The position numbers were made by a program, and so were the translations under genes. This document shows, piece by piece, positions 33,572 through 41,747 of a stretch of 64,000 bases of DNA (position 1 is the first letter of the stretch; every line of letters begins with the position of its first letter). The notes beneath the pieces were generated by a model that did no database searches, had not been told where the DNA came from, and saw only the letters and a program-made list of their open reading frames with translations. This DNA is from an uncultured Verrucomicrobiae bacterium (GTDB taxonomy: Bacteria; Verrucomicrobiota; Verrucomicrobiia; Limisphaerales; UBA11358), in assembly GCA_963738175.1 (NCBI GenBank), contig CAVTVI010000006.1, positions 263,493 through 327,492 on the forward strand, written 5' to 3'.

Positions 33572-33877
33572 TCAGCTCCGGTTGCAGGCGCACCGGCGGG
33601 CGACGAGATAACCGATGACCGCGCCGACGCCGATGGCGATGGCAATGGATTGATACGGATTTTCGCGGACGGTCTGGTCGGCGACCTTCGCGCCGGCGAC
33701 CGCCTTGTCGCGGACATTGGCCGCGATGTGTTTGGCGCTTTCGAGCGCGGCGGCGAGGCGCTTGCGGGCCTCCCCGACTTTATCTCCGGCCACGTCGGCG
33801 GTGGCGGCCATCAATGCGCGCGCGTCTTCGGCGAGCGTGCCAAGGTCATTGCCGGTTGGTTGTGTTTCTTTGTTCAT
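33572..33877 (-). CDS. YqjD/ElaB (DUF883) family membrane-anchored stress protein
   Basis: LAEDARALMAATADVAGDKVGEARKRLAAALESAK..VRENPYQSIAIAIGVGAVIGYLVAR. Confidence 0.8.
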   Translation of the reverse strand: MNKETQPTGNDLGTLAEDARALMAATADVAGDKVGEARKRLAAALESAKHIAANVRDKAVAGAKVADQTVRENPYQSIAIAIGVGAVIGYLVARRCACNRS

Positions 33878-34260
33878 GCTTTTTTTGTTTTTGGTTTGTT
33901 TGTGTTTTTCAACGGTAAATTTTCCGCGTCGGCGAGATGGGCCGCTTCTGGCGAACTTGCCACGGTCAAAATGGAATTTCTTCCGCCGAACGGATTGGCG
34001 ACGGTTTTTCTCGCCAGCGGGTCGGGAATCCATTTGCCGTCCACGACGAGGCAGTATTCGTAGGTGCCGGGCGCGAGGGCGGTTTCCTTCCACCAGTTGC
34101 CGACGCCGGAGGAATGCAGCGTCTTGGTTTCGGGTTGCCACTGGTTGAAAGTTCCCGCGACGCAAACGCTCTTGGCCGTCGGATGCGTGAATTCAAAGCG
34201 GACCGGCACCAGTTGCGGGTCACTGCTCCCGGCGTTGTCGTGGTTATGATTGTGTTTCAT
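33874..34260 (-). CDS. stand-alone CBM48 / AMPK-beta-type glycogen-binding domain protein
   Basis: VPVRFEFTHPTAKSVCVAGTFNQWQPETKTLH..WWKETALAPGTYEYCLVVDGKWIPDP. Confidence 0.7.
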   Translation of the reverse strand: MKHNHNHDNAGSSDPQLVPVRFEFTHPTAKSVCVAGTFNQWQPETKTLHSSGVGNWWKETALAPGTYEYCLVVDGKWIPDPLARKTVANPFGGRNSILTVASSPEAAHLADAENLPLKNTNKPKTKKA

Positions 34261-34346
34261 GGCGGATAAATTATCGGGAGGGCAAATTTCAATTCAAGGA
34301 GTTGTTCCCTTTCATAACGCCATCATGCACAGGGAAGCTTTGCCAG

Positions 34347-34368
34347 TGCCATGGGGTGTTACCCTACC
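34347..34368 (-). promoter_or_regulatory. stress-block palindromic box, copy 3
   Basis: GGTAGGGTAACACCCCATGGCA, 86 nt upstream of ATG 34260 (CBM48-yqjDEK-like-GT4-GH130 unit). Confidence 0.6.
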
Positions 34369-34542
34369 AGAGGATTTTCGAGCCGGATTCCGGCACGATG
34401 CCGATACCTTCCCCATAAAGTGGCCCGCCAGTTCAATCTTTTCTCCGCCCGGTTCACGCTTCCAAATTGAACCAAGGGTTTTTCCAGTGGCGGCAAGGAA
34501 CACCCTAGTCGCGGCCCGGCTTCGCAGGACGTAACGGTAATT

Positions 34543-35131
34543 ATGACCATCTATCAAACATACAGAGCGCGACGCATGAACAATGTGTGTCGGTTCTTAA
34601 AAATCAGCGGATGGGCGAAGTTTCTGGGGGTTCTGCTGATTTTCACGGCGTGCATCATGTTCGTCCAAGCGGGCACCAACGTCACTTTGGCCTGGATCCA
34701 AAGCACCAACCCCATTGTCGCCGGCTATAACATCTATTACGGCGGGGCCAGCGGCACCTACACCAACAAAACCTCGGCCGGGCCGGTAACCAGTCTGACC
34801 ATATCCAACCTCGTCAACGGAACCACCTATTATTTTGCCGCGACCACCTACAGCGCCGCCGGTGCGGAAAGTGCGTTTTCCAGCGAAGTGGCTTACACCG
34901 TGCCGAGTGCTACCCGGAGTGCAACTTCTGATCACGCTGGCGCATCAGTTCGTCCTGACCGTGACCGGTTTGGCCGGCCACACCTACGACATCCAGGCGA
35001 CACAGGATTTGAAGACCTGGACGGTCATCGGCACCGTGACTTTAGGTGTCAGCGGCTCGTTGAATTTCACCGACACGAACGCGCCCAGTTTTTCAAACCG
35101 CTACTATCGCTCACACGATACAACGCCTTGA
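34543..35131 (+). CDS. secreted fibronectin type III domain protein; frame broken once as given
   Basis: The FN3 part (NVTLAWIQSTNPIVAGYNIYYGGASGTYTNK..TYYFAATTYSAAGAESAFS) is in ORF 34543... The C-terminal beta-sandwich part (GVQLLITLAHQFVLTVTGLAGHTYDIQATQDLKTW..RYYR) is in ORF 34835..35131. The shift is near 34905. Confidence 0.7.
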
Positions 35132-35160
35132 GGCCGACTCAAATTTTTCATAAGAACGAA

Positions 35161-35484
35161 ATGAACTCAACGCCTCTTGATCTTGCCCGATGCAGCAACA
35201 CAAAAGTTGCCGGGCGCACCGGACAAATCATCGCACTGTTAAAAGCGCTGGGTGTGCCGGGACAGATGCTTTACTTCCGGCGTTGGCGTGAAAATGGATC
35301 GTTCTGGCTGCGAAAAATCAACCACCTGCAGGTTTTGGAACAGGCGCGCTGGCTTTACCGGCAACAGATTGTCTGCGTGCATCCGGACAAGGCGGGCGGC
35401 AGCACGGAACGGGCGATTCAGCTCAACTGGGCTTGGAGTGAGATTGAGCGGCGCTTCAAAGAGCATGGACATGAATTATGGTAG
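35161..35484 (+). CDS. small J-domain-like protein
   Basis: ATG 35161, 107 aa. HPD tripeptide in context: YRQQIVCVHPDKAGGSTERAIQLNWAWSEI. Confidence 0.5.
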   Translation: MNSTPLDLARCSNTKVAGRTGQIIALLKALGVPGQMLYFRRWRENGSFWLRKINHLQVLEQARWLYRQQIVCVHPDKAGGSTERAIQLNWAWSEIERRFKEHGHELW

Positions 35485-35519
35485 GAAATAAAGACAGCGC
35501 ACCGGCGTGAGAACGCAGG

Positions 35520-36065
35520 TCAATTTTCCTGCGGAATCAATCCCACCCGCAGGGCCAGCCGCACCAGTCCCGGAACGTCGTGAATTTTCAGGCAGTTCAT
35601 CAACTTTATACGATGGTATTCGACGGTCTTGGGACTGACCTTCAAAATCTCCGCAATCTTCTTCGTGTTCTGGCCTTCGGCAATCAGCAGGAGAATCTCG
35701 CGCTGCCGGATCGTCAACGGTTCGAGCGGGCTTTGCTCGCCGGCGATTCCATCCATGGTGATGTTTTTAAGGAATTGCGTGGAGATCTTCCCTTGCGAAT
35801 CAGCTTCCTTGCGGCTCGCACTTTTCAGAGCCGTCTCGGCCTGCTCGGTGCGCGTCTCGGCCTGTTCGGTTCGGATTTCGGCTTGTTCTGTCCGCGTCTT
35901 CGCCAGTTCCGTCCGGGTTTCAGCCTGTTCCGTGCGCGTCTCCGCTGATTCCGCGCGGGTCTTGGCCTGCTCGGTGCGCGTTTCAGCCTTCTCCGTCCGG
36001 GCTTCGGCCTGTTCAATCCTCGTTTTGCTGCCGGTCACGCCCGCAGGTTGATTCTTTTTTTTCAT
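35520..36065 (-). CDS. LuxR-family HTH regulator without a receiver domain, with an N-terminal heptad-repeat region
   Basis: C-terminal TIRQREILLLIAEGQNTKKIAEILKVSPKTVEYHRIKLMNCL. N-terminal region has about nine (A/T)ETRTEQ heptads. ATG at 36065. Confidence 0.8.
   Translation of the reverse strand: MKKKNQPAGVTGSKTRIEQAEARTEKAETRTEQAKTRAESAETRTEQAETRTELAKTRTEQAEIRTEQAETRTEQAETALKSASRKEADSQGKISTQFLKNITMDGIAGEQSPLEPLTIRQREILLLIAEGQNTKKIAEILKVSPKTVEYHRIKLMNCLKIHDVPGLVRLALRVGLIPQEN
35832..36020. repeat. 9 x 21-nt in-frame tandem repeat inside the LuxR-solo gene
   Basis: Units on the + strand: cgtctcggcctgctcggtgcg / cgtctcggcctgttcggttcg / ... / ggcttcggcctgttcaatcct. Confidence 0.9.
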
Positions 36066-36102
36066 TTCGACTCCATCACAATAAACAAAGAAATTTTGCG
36101 AG

Positions 36103-36125
36103 CGCCATGGGGTGTTTTCCCCATC
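36103..36125 (-). promoter_or_regulatory. stress-block palindromic box, copy 4
   Basis: GATGGGGAAAACACCCCATGGCG, 37 nt upstream of the LuxR-solo ATG 36065. Confidence 0.6.
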
Positions 36126-36178
36126 CTCAAACCAGACAGGTGAATCCAGTCCCGCTCGCGCAGGCGGCACGACCATGA

Positions 36179-36200
36179 GGTAGGGTTATACCCCATGGTA
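36179..36200 (+). promoter_or_regulatory. stress-block palindromic box, copy 5
   Basis: GGTAGGGTTATACCCCATGGTA on the + strand, 150 nt upstream of ATG 36351. Divergent partner of copy 4. Confidence 0.55.
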
Positions 36201-36350
36201 AATGACCGATTTGAACATATAATTTCAGTTGTAGTGCTGAAAGTCATGCAGGAAGATGAAATTGATTTGAGCACCGCGATCGGCATCAACGTACCGCCAC
36301 TCTAAAAAAACCTGTGGACAAAAATGGTCGGAGCCGATTAAAGAACCATC

Positions 36351-36956
36351 ATGAAATTCATCCTTCCATTACTCACGGCGGTGACATTGGCCGCCTGCCT
36401 TCTGACCGGCTGTCAATCGCCCAAGGCCATGTCTCCGCGCGAAAGCATTGCGACGCAATCCACGCGAAACAATGGCTACAGCCTGCTCCATCAACTTCTC
36501 GACGAGCAAAAAAATGTCGGCCTGCTGCGATTCATCAGACCCGAGAACTCCGATGTCAAAGAACTGGTGAAGCGGATTGCCACCGCTTCCGGAACCGGGG
36601 CAAAATTATTGGAGGCATTTGCCAAGGACGATCCTTCAATCAATCTGGACGACATCCGGCTGCCGCCGGGCGAAGTGGCCACGCGCGATGCGATTGCAGC
36701 CACCAAAAAAAAGGAATTGTTGAGCCAGAGCGGCGACACCTTTGAACTGACCCTGCTTTTGACCCAGACCGAGGCGTTGAGCTATGCCTGGCATCTGGCG
36801 GAAGTCACCGCCGAAAACGAGCCGCAACCCGAACGCGCCCGTGCGCTGGCCGGCATCAGTGACGACATGAAAAACCTCTATCACGAAGTGTTCGTCTTGT
36901 TGCTGTCGAAAACAGAATCATCGACCACGAACTCGATCACGGCTCAACCGCAATAG
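36351..36956 (+). CDS. hypothetical lipoprotein
   Basis: MKFILPLLTAVTLAACLLTGC lipobox; helical 201-aa body; no family recognised. Confidence 0.6.
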   Translation: MKFILPLLTAVTLAACLLTGCQSPKAMSPRESIATQSTRNNGYSLLHQLLDEQKNVGLLRFIRPENSDVKELVKRIATASGTGAKLLEAFAKDDPSINLDDIRLPPGEVATRDAIAATKKKELLSQSGDTFELTLLLTQTEALSYAWHLAEVTAENEPQPERARALAGISDDMKNLYHEVFVLLLSKTESSTTNSITAQPQ

Positions 36957-36984
36957 CGCGGGGATTTGTCCAAGTCTGAAGCCT

Positions 36985-37003
36985 GATGGGTAGAATACCC
37001 CAT
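36985..37003 (+). promoter_or_regulatory. degenerate/orphan copy of the palindromic box
   Basis: GATGGGTAGAATACCCCAT on the + strand, with no + strand ORF downstream. Followed by a 9-bp-stem hairpin AACACCGCA..TGCGGTGTT. Confidence 0.3.
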
Positions 37004-37107
37004 AACACCGCAGGAACTTTTCGATTACGATACAATGCGGTGTTGATATTGGTTCTATTTATCAGTTTGTTTTTACTGGGCTTGTTCACAATCAGACCCT
37101 AGCTCAC

Positions 37108-38289
37108 CTATTTTTTCATCGTGCGGAATTGTCGCAGGGCGACGAAGGGATCAATCCGCGCCAACAAAAAATGCGCCCAGTGATTTTTCCAGCGCTGCCA
37201 GAAAGTCTCGGTTTTCCGCCATTGAGGAAGTTCGATTTTCCGGGAAAGTTTCAGCGCGCGCTCAAAAATTTCCCGCGCCTCGGCGGCGGCCGTTTTGTCG
37301 TCAAATCGCAACATGAGTTCGTAATTCAAATTGAGGCTGCGGATGTCGAGATTGGAAGAGCCGACATAAGCGATGCCGTCGCAGAGAACCAGTTTGGCGT
37401 GCAAAATCTGCGGCTGATATTCGTAAATCTCCACGCCCGCTTTCAACAGGCGATGATACAAACTTCTGGCCGCCAGTTGCGAGACCGGCACGTCGGATTT
37501 GCCGGCCAGCAGCAGTTGCACGCGTCCGCCGCGCCGCGCCACGCGCTTCAAATCCCGGCGCAGCCGCCGGGTCGGCAGAAAATACGCGCTCACAATCCGC
37601 ACGTCATGGGCTTTGGCCAGATCGTGATAGAGCGCAGTTTGAAACGGGCTGGCACCGCGTCCGGGACGGATTGGCAAAAATTCCCCCGCCGTTCTCTTTT
37701 GAGATTTGCGTTTGTGTTTGAAGAGGCGCAAACGCAGCAGCGGTTTTTTGTGAAAATCCGACAGCGCAAATAATTCTTCAAATGAATCCGCCAGTTCTCC
37801 GGCCAGCGTTGCATTTTGAATCCGGACGCCGAGGTCGCACCAGCCGCGCGTCACGCCGTCGCCGTCGTATTCATCGGCCACATTAAATCCGCCGATGAAA
37901 ATGACGGACTCGTCGCAGACCAGAAGTTTGCGATGGTCGCGCACGCCGAAACGCCAGAGGTGAAGCGGATTGAAACGGCGCACCTGCGCGCCGGCGGCGA
38001 TGAGCGGGCTGAAAAAATTATCCGGCAAAAACCATGAACCGGCGGCATCCACCAGCACGCGCACGCGCACGCCGCGCCGGGTCGCCGCCAGCAGCGCTTC
38101 CAGAAACCGCCGCGCCAACTGGCCGTCGGAAAACGTGTAAGTTTCCAGTTGGATGGATTTCTGCGCCGCGTGGATCGCCGCCAGCATGGCCGGAAAAATT
38201 TCCCGGCCCATGGAAAGCCATTGCAGCGCGGGGGTGTTTGAAGCGGATATGTTTTTGATTTGATTCACCAAGCCGGAAAAGGAGCCCAC
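37108..38289 (-). CDS. phospholipase D / cardiolipin synthase family protein (two HKD motifs)
   Basis: HRKLLVCDESVIFIGGFN and LHAKLVLCDGIAYVGSSNLDIRS. Confidence 0.85.
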   Translation of the reverse strand: MGSFSGLVNQIKNISASNTPALQWLSMGREIFPAMLAAIHAAQKSIQLETYTFSDGQLARRFLEALLAATRRGVRVRVLVDAAGSWFLPDNFFSPLIAAGAQVRRFNPLHLWRFGVRDHRKLLVCDESVIFIGGFNVADEYDGDGVTRGWCDLGVRIQNATLAGELADSFEELFALSDFHKKPLLRLRLFKHKRKSQKRTAGEFLPIRPGRGASPFQTALYHDLAKAHDVRIVSAYFLPTRRLRRDLKRVARRGGRVQLLLAGKSDVPVSQLAARSLYHRLLKAGVEIYEYQPQILHAKLVLCDGIAYVGSSNLDIRSLNLNYELMLRFDDKTAAAEAREIFERALKLSRKIELPQWRKTETFWQRWKNHWAHFLLARIDPFVALRQFRTMKK

Positions 38290-38326
38290 CTGTTTGCCAC
38301 ATCAATGTTTGTTAACGACATACATT

Positions 38327-39499
38327 TTATTCCGACCGATCTTTTTGCTTTTCAAAATTGTATTGGAACAGCAGCCCGATGCTTTGCGCGCCTTCCTTGC
38401 CGTCGCGGAGCGCGTTGAACCCGTAACCGTAGCGCAGGATTATCTCAAAATTTTTATTTTGGGGCGCAAACGACAGGCCGCCGCCGGCGCCGGTCTGCCA
38501 ACTGCTCCGCTGGTCAAAGCCGGGCAGATAATCCATGTGGGCCGTCGCCGCCTCCAGCCGGAAATCCCAGCGATGCGCCGAATCCAAGGGCACGTCATAC
38601 CCGGCGTAAAAATGTTGAAAGCTCGTCGCGGTGAGTTCTTCATAATAGTAGCCGGGCAGCGTCAGCGGAAATTCCGACACCAGCGGCAGCACGCCGCCCA
38701 GCCGCCACGCGCTGAACCGGTCCGCATCGGTCGAGCCGCCCGCCGTGAACGCGAATGAAATTTTTTGCCCGCTGTTTGTCCACGCATAGTTCAAACCGGC
38801 ATAGAGCCAGTAAAGGTTCACATCGGGACTGATGCTGCGGTCGTCGCTGTAACCATATGGCTGGCTGTCCAAACGCCATTGCCGTTCAAACCAGACGGAA
38901 AGTTCCATGCCCAAGTCGGGATATAGAACCGGCTCCTTGCCCGCCACCCGGATGCCGCCCCGCGTGTAACCGCTGACTTGATTGCCGGGCAAAGTGAAAT
39001 TGTTTGCCGTGTCAGAAGTATCCGTAAAAGTTGAATCGCGCATCCCGCCGCGCGCGACCACGCTCACCGGAATCAGCATGCCCGGATTCAACAATTGATA
39101 CACGCTCAAGGCAATCCCGCCGCCATCGCCATTAAAACTTTCGCTTTTGTAGTATTGGCCCTGCCGGACTTCATAATAATTCGCGCCAAACAGTCCGCCA
39201 TTGAAACCGAGGCCGACATCGGTATAGGGCGATAGCAAATGTTTGAACCCGATTTCGCCGTCCACATAAGCCGGGGCAATGGCCAGACGCAAAGCCGTGT
39301 TGGTGTCAAAAAAGTCCGGGTTGTTGTAATAATAATAGGCGTAGACCGCCTGTGGTCCCTGGCCGGCGAGCGGCTGGTCGTAGCCCAACTCCAGCAGATT
39401 GCGATGCATGGGGTCAATTTGTGCGTGGCAATCGAAACCCGCCAGCAAACCGGCGGCGGCCAATAAAAAAATGCCCGGAGTTCGATTAAAAATAGGCAT
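38327..39499 (-). CDS. outer-membrane beta-barrel protein (Omp85/surface-antigen-like barrel, no POTRA seen)
   Basis: Signal peptide MPIFNRTPGIFLLAAAGLLAG; alternating aromatic/Gly-rich beta-strand pattern. Alternative ATG at 39559. Confidence 0.6.
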   Translation of the reverse strand: MPIFNRTPGIFLLAAAGLLAGFDCHAQIDPMHRNLLELGYDQPLAGQGPQAVYAYYYYNNPDFFDTNTALRLAIAPAYVDGEIGFKHLLSPYTDVGLGFNGGLFGANYYEVRQGQYYKSESFNGDGGGIALSVYQLLNPGMLIPVSVVARGGMRDSTFTDTSDTANNFTLPGNQVSGYTRGGIRVAGKEPVLYPDLGMELSVWFERQWRLDSQPYGYSDDRSISPDVNLYWLYAGLNYAWTNSGQKISFAFTAGGSTDADRFSAWRLGGVLPLVSEFPLTLPGYYYEELTATSFQHFYAGYDVPLDSAHRWDFRLEAATAHMDYLPGFDQRSSWQTGAGGGLSFAPQNKNFEIILRYGYGFNALRDGKEGAQSIGLLFQYNFEKQKDRSE

Positions 39500-39591
39500 G
39501 GTGATTTTATGTAAGGGGCTGTCATTACAGATGAGTGACATCGCTCCCGCATCCTTCATGGATTTTACGATAGACTGGAAAGCCTTGTGAC

Positions 39592-39613
39592 CGCCATGGG
39601 GTGTTCACCCCAT
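39592..39613 (-). promoter_or_regulatory. stress-block palindromic box, copy 6 (perfect 8-bp arms)
   Basis: ATGGGGTGAACACCCCATGGCG, 92 nt upstream of ATG 39499 (32 nt from the alternative ATG 39559). Confidence 0.6.
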
Positions 39614-39619
39614 TTGAGA

Positions 39620-40550
39620 CTATGGCGCGGAAAGCTGTTCGAGTTTTGCGCCCTCACGCTGCAAGAGGGTTGCTTCAACCCGGGGCACATACATTTGCGT
39701 TTCCGCCGGCAGATGTTCGGCGATGGCGTCGTAACTGTCCGTTTTATGGCGGTCCAAAAGTTTTTGCACCGTGCCTTCACCCGCGTTGTAAGCGGCCAAA
39801 GCGAGCCGCCAGTCCTTAAAACGGTCGTAAAGATATTTCAGATACTGGGCGGACGCGGTCGCGCTCGGTTCCGGCTGAAACCGTTGATCGCGCGGCCACA
39901 GCGAAAGACCAAACCGTCTGGCCGTGTCCGGCATCAATTGAAATAATCCTGCCGCTCCCGCCGGACTCATTGCGCGGCGGTCGAAGGACGATTCCACCTC
40001 CGCCACCCAGACCAGTTCCGGCGGAATCTTTTGCGCGGTAAAAATCGGCTTCAACTCCGGCACATATTCTTTTGCCAAAGCCGGCCACGGGAGCGACGGA
40101 AACTTTTTTCACCCAAAGCTCGCGTTCCTTTTCCGGCGGGGGATTGGGAACCGGTTGCGGCGGCTGGTTGGTTTCGGCTTTTGGCGGTGGAATCGTGAGC
40201 CGGATTTCGTCCGCGACATCCAGATAATCCATCTGCGACTTGAGCCACGCGGCATAGGGCTGCGTTTCTTCGCGACTTTCCAGCAGCGGCAGGATGGTTT
40301 GGGCGGTTTGCCGCAGCGTGGCAATGTCCACGACGTAGTCGCCTTGAAAGCGTTGCTGCACTTCGCGGAAAAATTGCCGCACCGCCTGCCCGTCCGCCTC
40401 GGGAAGCGCATTGAGAACATTCGTGTCGAGATTTTCCTGCGCCCACTGTTGCGCGCCTTGGATGAGATCCGGCAACGTGACCGTGTCGTCATCTGCCCGG
40501 GCGACCACTGAACCCGCCAAAAGCAACATAAGTGTGATAAAGCTTTTCAT
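39620..40550 (-). CDS. secreted lytic transglycosylase (SLT domain); frame broken once as given
   Basis: The N-terminal part, with signal peptide MKSFITLMLLLAGSVVARA, is in ORF 39816..40670. The SLT part (VAEVESSFDRRAMSPAGAAGLFQLMP..ALAAYNAGEG) is in ORF 39620..40078. The junction is near 40097. Confidence 0.8.
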
Positions 40551-40628
40551 GAAGCTGGCATGGTGACGGCGCAAATCAAAAGAAGGGAAAAATTCATCGG
40601 CTGAAAGCTGCCACATTCTGAAAGAGGT

Positions 40629-40650
40629 CGCAACGGGGTGTTCCACCCAT
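40629..40650 (-). promoter_or_regulatory. stress-block palindromic box, copy 7 (degenerate proximal flank)
   Basis: ATGGGTGGAACACCCCGTTGCG, 78 nt upstream of ATG 40550. Confidence 0.5.
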
Positions 40651-40712
40651 AATCTTGAATCAGACTTCATGAATTCAGTCCCGATACGTTTGGCAGAGGG
40701 ACACCATCAAAT

Positions 40713-40734
40713 AGTAGGGTTTTACCCCATGGCA
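40713..40734 (+). promoter_or_regulatory. stress-block palindromic box, copy 8
   Basis: AGTAGGGTTTTACCCCATGGCA on the + strand, 106 nt upstream of the mini-ORF at 40841. Divergent partner of copy 7. Confidence 0.55.
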
Positions 40735-40840
40735 AAAAGCGAGGGCACGTTCTAAAGTAAAAAAAGAAAAAAGTTGCCGGAACGCTTTTACAATTCACGG
40801 CGTCGGCATAAACAACAAGTGTAAAAACGAAAGACAAACT

Positions 40841-40945
40841 ATGCACCTTTTATTCTCTCCCGTTCTGGCCAGCGCACTCTACATCGGCGGCGGCTCCGTC
40901 GGCCTCCTGCTCGTCATCGTCATTGTGGTCTTATTGCTCCGTTGA
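40841..40945 (+). CDS. 34-aa hydrophobic mini-protein (not in the ORF track)
   Basis: My own translation: MHLLFSPVLASALYIGGGSVGLLLVIVIVVLLLR-stop. Single TM helix. First ORF after box copy 8. Confidence 0.4.
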   Translation: MHLLFSPVLASALYIGGGSVGLLLVIVIVVLLLR

Positions 40946-40973
40946 CCGTTGAGCCGCAAATTTCACCGACCGC

Positions 40974-41747
40974 ATGAGCATCCAAATCGGAATTTTGCGA
41001 ATTATACCGGTGACACTGGCGACCTTCTTGATGGTCGGCGAACTTCAGGCACAGGTCAACTGGCTCACCGATAATCGCTCTGTGACCGCATCTGGTTATG
41101 TTCAGGTTCCGCCAATGCCGGTCTTGAATTATCTTGCGACCAAGACTCCTTCCGCGTCATTTGCCACGTTCAATGGAAATGTTTCTGGAACAGTGGATGA
41201 GAACTATCCGGGTCCGCCAACAGCGGGCGGCGACAGCCAGGCGGCGCAAAACTCCTCTTTGAGCGGGAATCAATTTAATTTCAGTTCATCGTTGTCGGCG
41301 GCGACGGGTGGAGTAGGCCAGAACTGCACGGTTTACAGCGAAGCGGATTCGTTCAGCGAATTGACCTTCAGCGTCAACAGCCCGCAAACATGGAGTCTGG
41401 CCGTGGATTTGGTTGATCCCTACGGCAACGTATCCGCAAGCTGGAACCTGATTTCAGCACAAGTAGGCTTGCTTCTCGGCGCTCCCATCCCAAATCCTGA
41501 TCCAAGCGGGCTCCCGATTTATTATCAGGGAACACTTGCACCCGGGGACACTTATACCCTTACTTTTGCCCTCGACGCTTCTCAAAATGCGCCTGACCCG
41601 GCGGGCGATGATTCGCAAGTAAGCATTGATGCGACCTTCTCGGTAGTGCCCGAACCCTCTTCGTATGCGCTGATGGTCATGGGATTAACCGGCCTCTTTG
41701 CCCTGAAAAGGAAGTGCAAAAATGATTTAACTAACCCGCTCCGCTGA
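40974..41747 (+). CDS. PEP-CTERM sorting-domain protein
   Basis: N-terminal signal peptide and C-terminal VPEPSSYALMVMGLTGLFALKRKCK. Confidence 0.8.
   Translation: MSIQIGILRIIPVTLATFLMVGELQAQVNWLTDNRSVTASGYVQVPPMPVLNYLATKTPSASFATFNGNVSGTVDENYPGPPTAGGDSQAAQNSSLSGNQFNFSSSLSAATGGVGQNCTVYSEADSFSELTFSVNSPQTWSLAVDLVDPYGNVSASWNLISAQVGLLLGAPIPNPDPSGLPIYYQGTLAPGDTYTLTFALDASQNAPDPAGDDSQVSIDATFSVVPEPSSYALMVMGLTGLFALKRKCKNDLTNPLR

Noticed and set aside
35832-36020. The 21-nt x 9 tandem array as a CRISPR or other non-coding repeat.
   Set aside because: The units are contiguous with no spacers. They lie in frame inside a gene with a clear LuxR HTH and encode a regular heptad.
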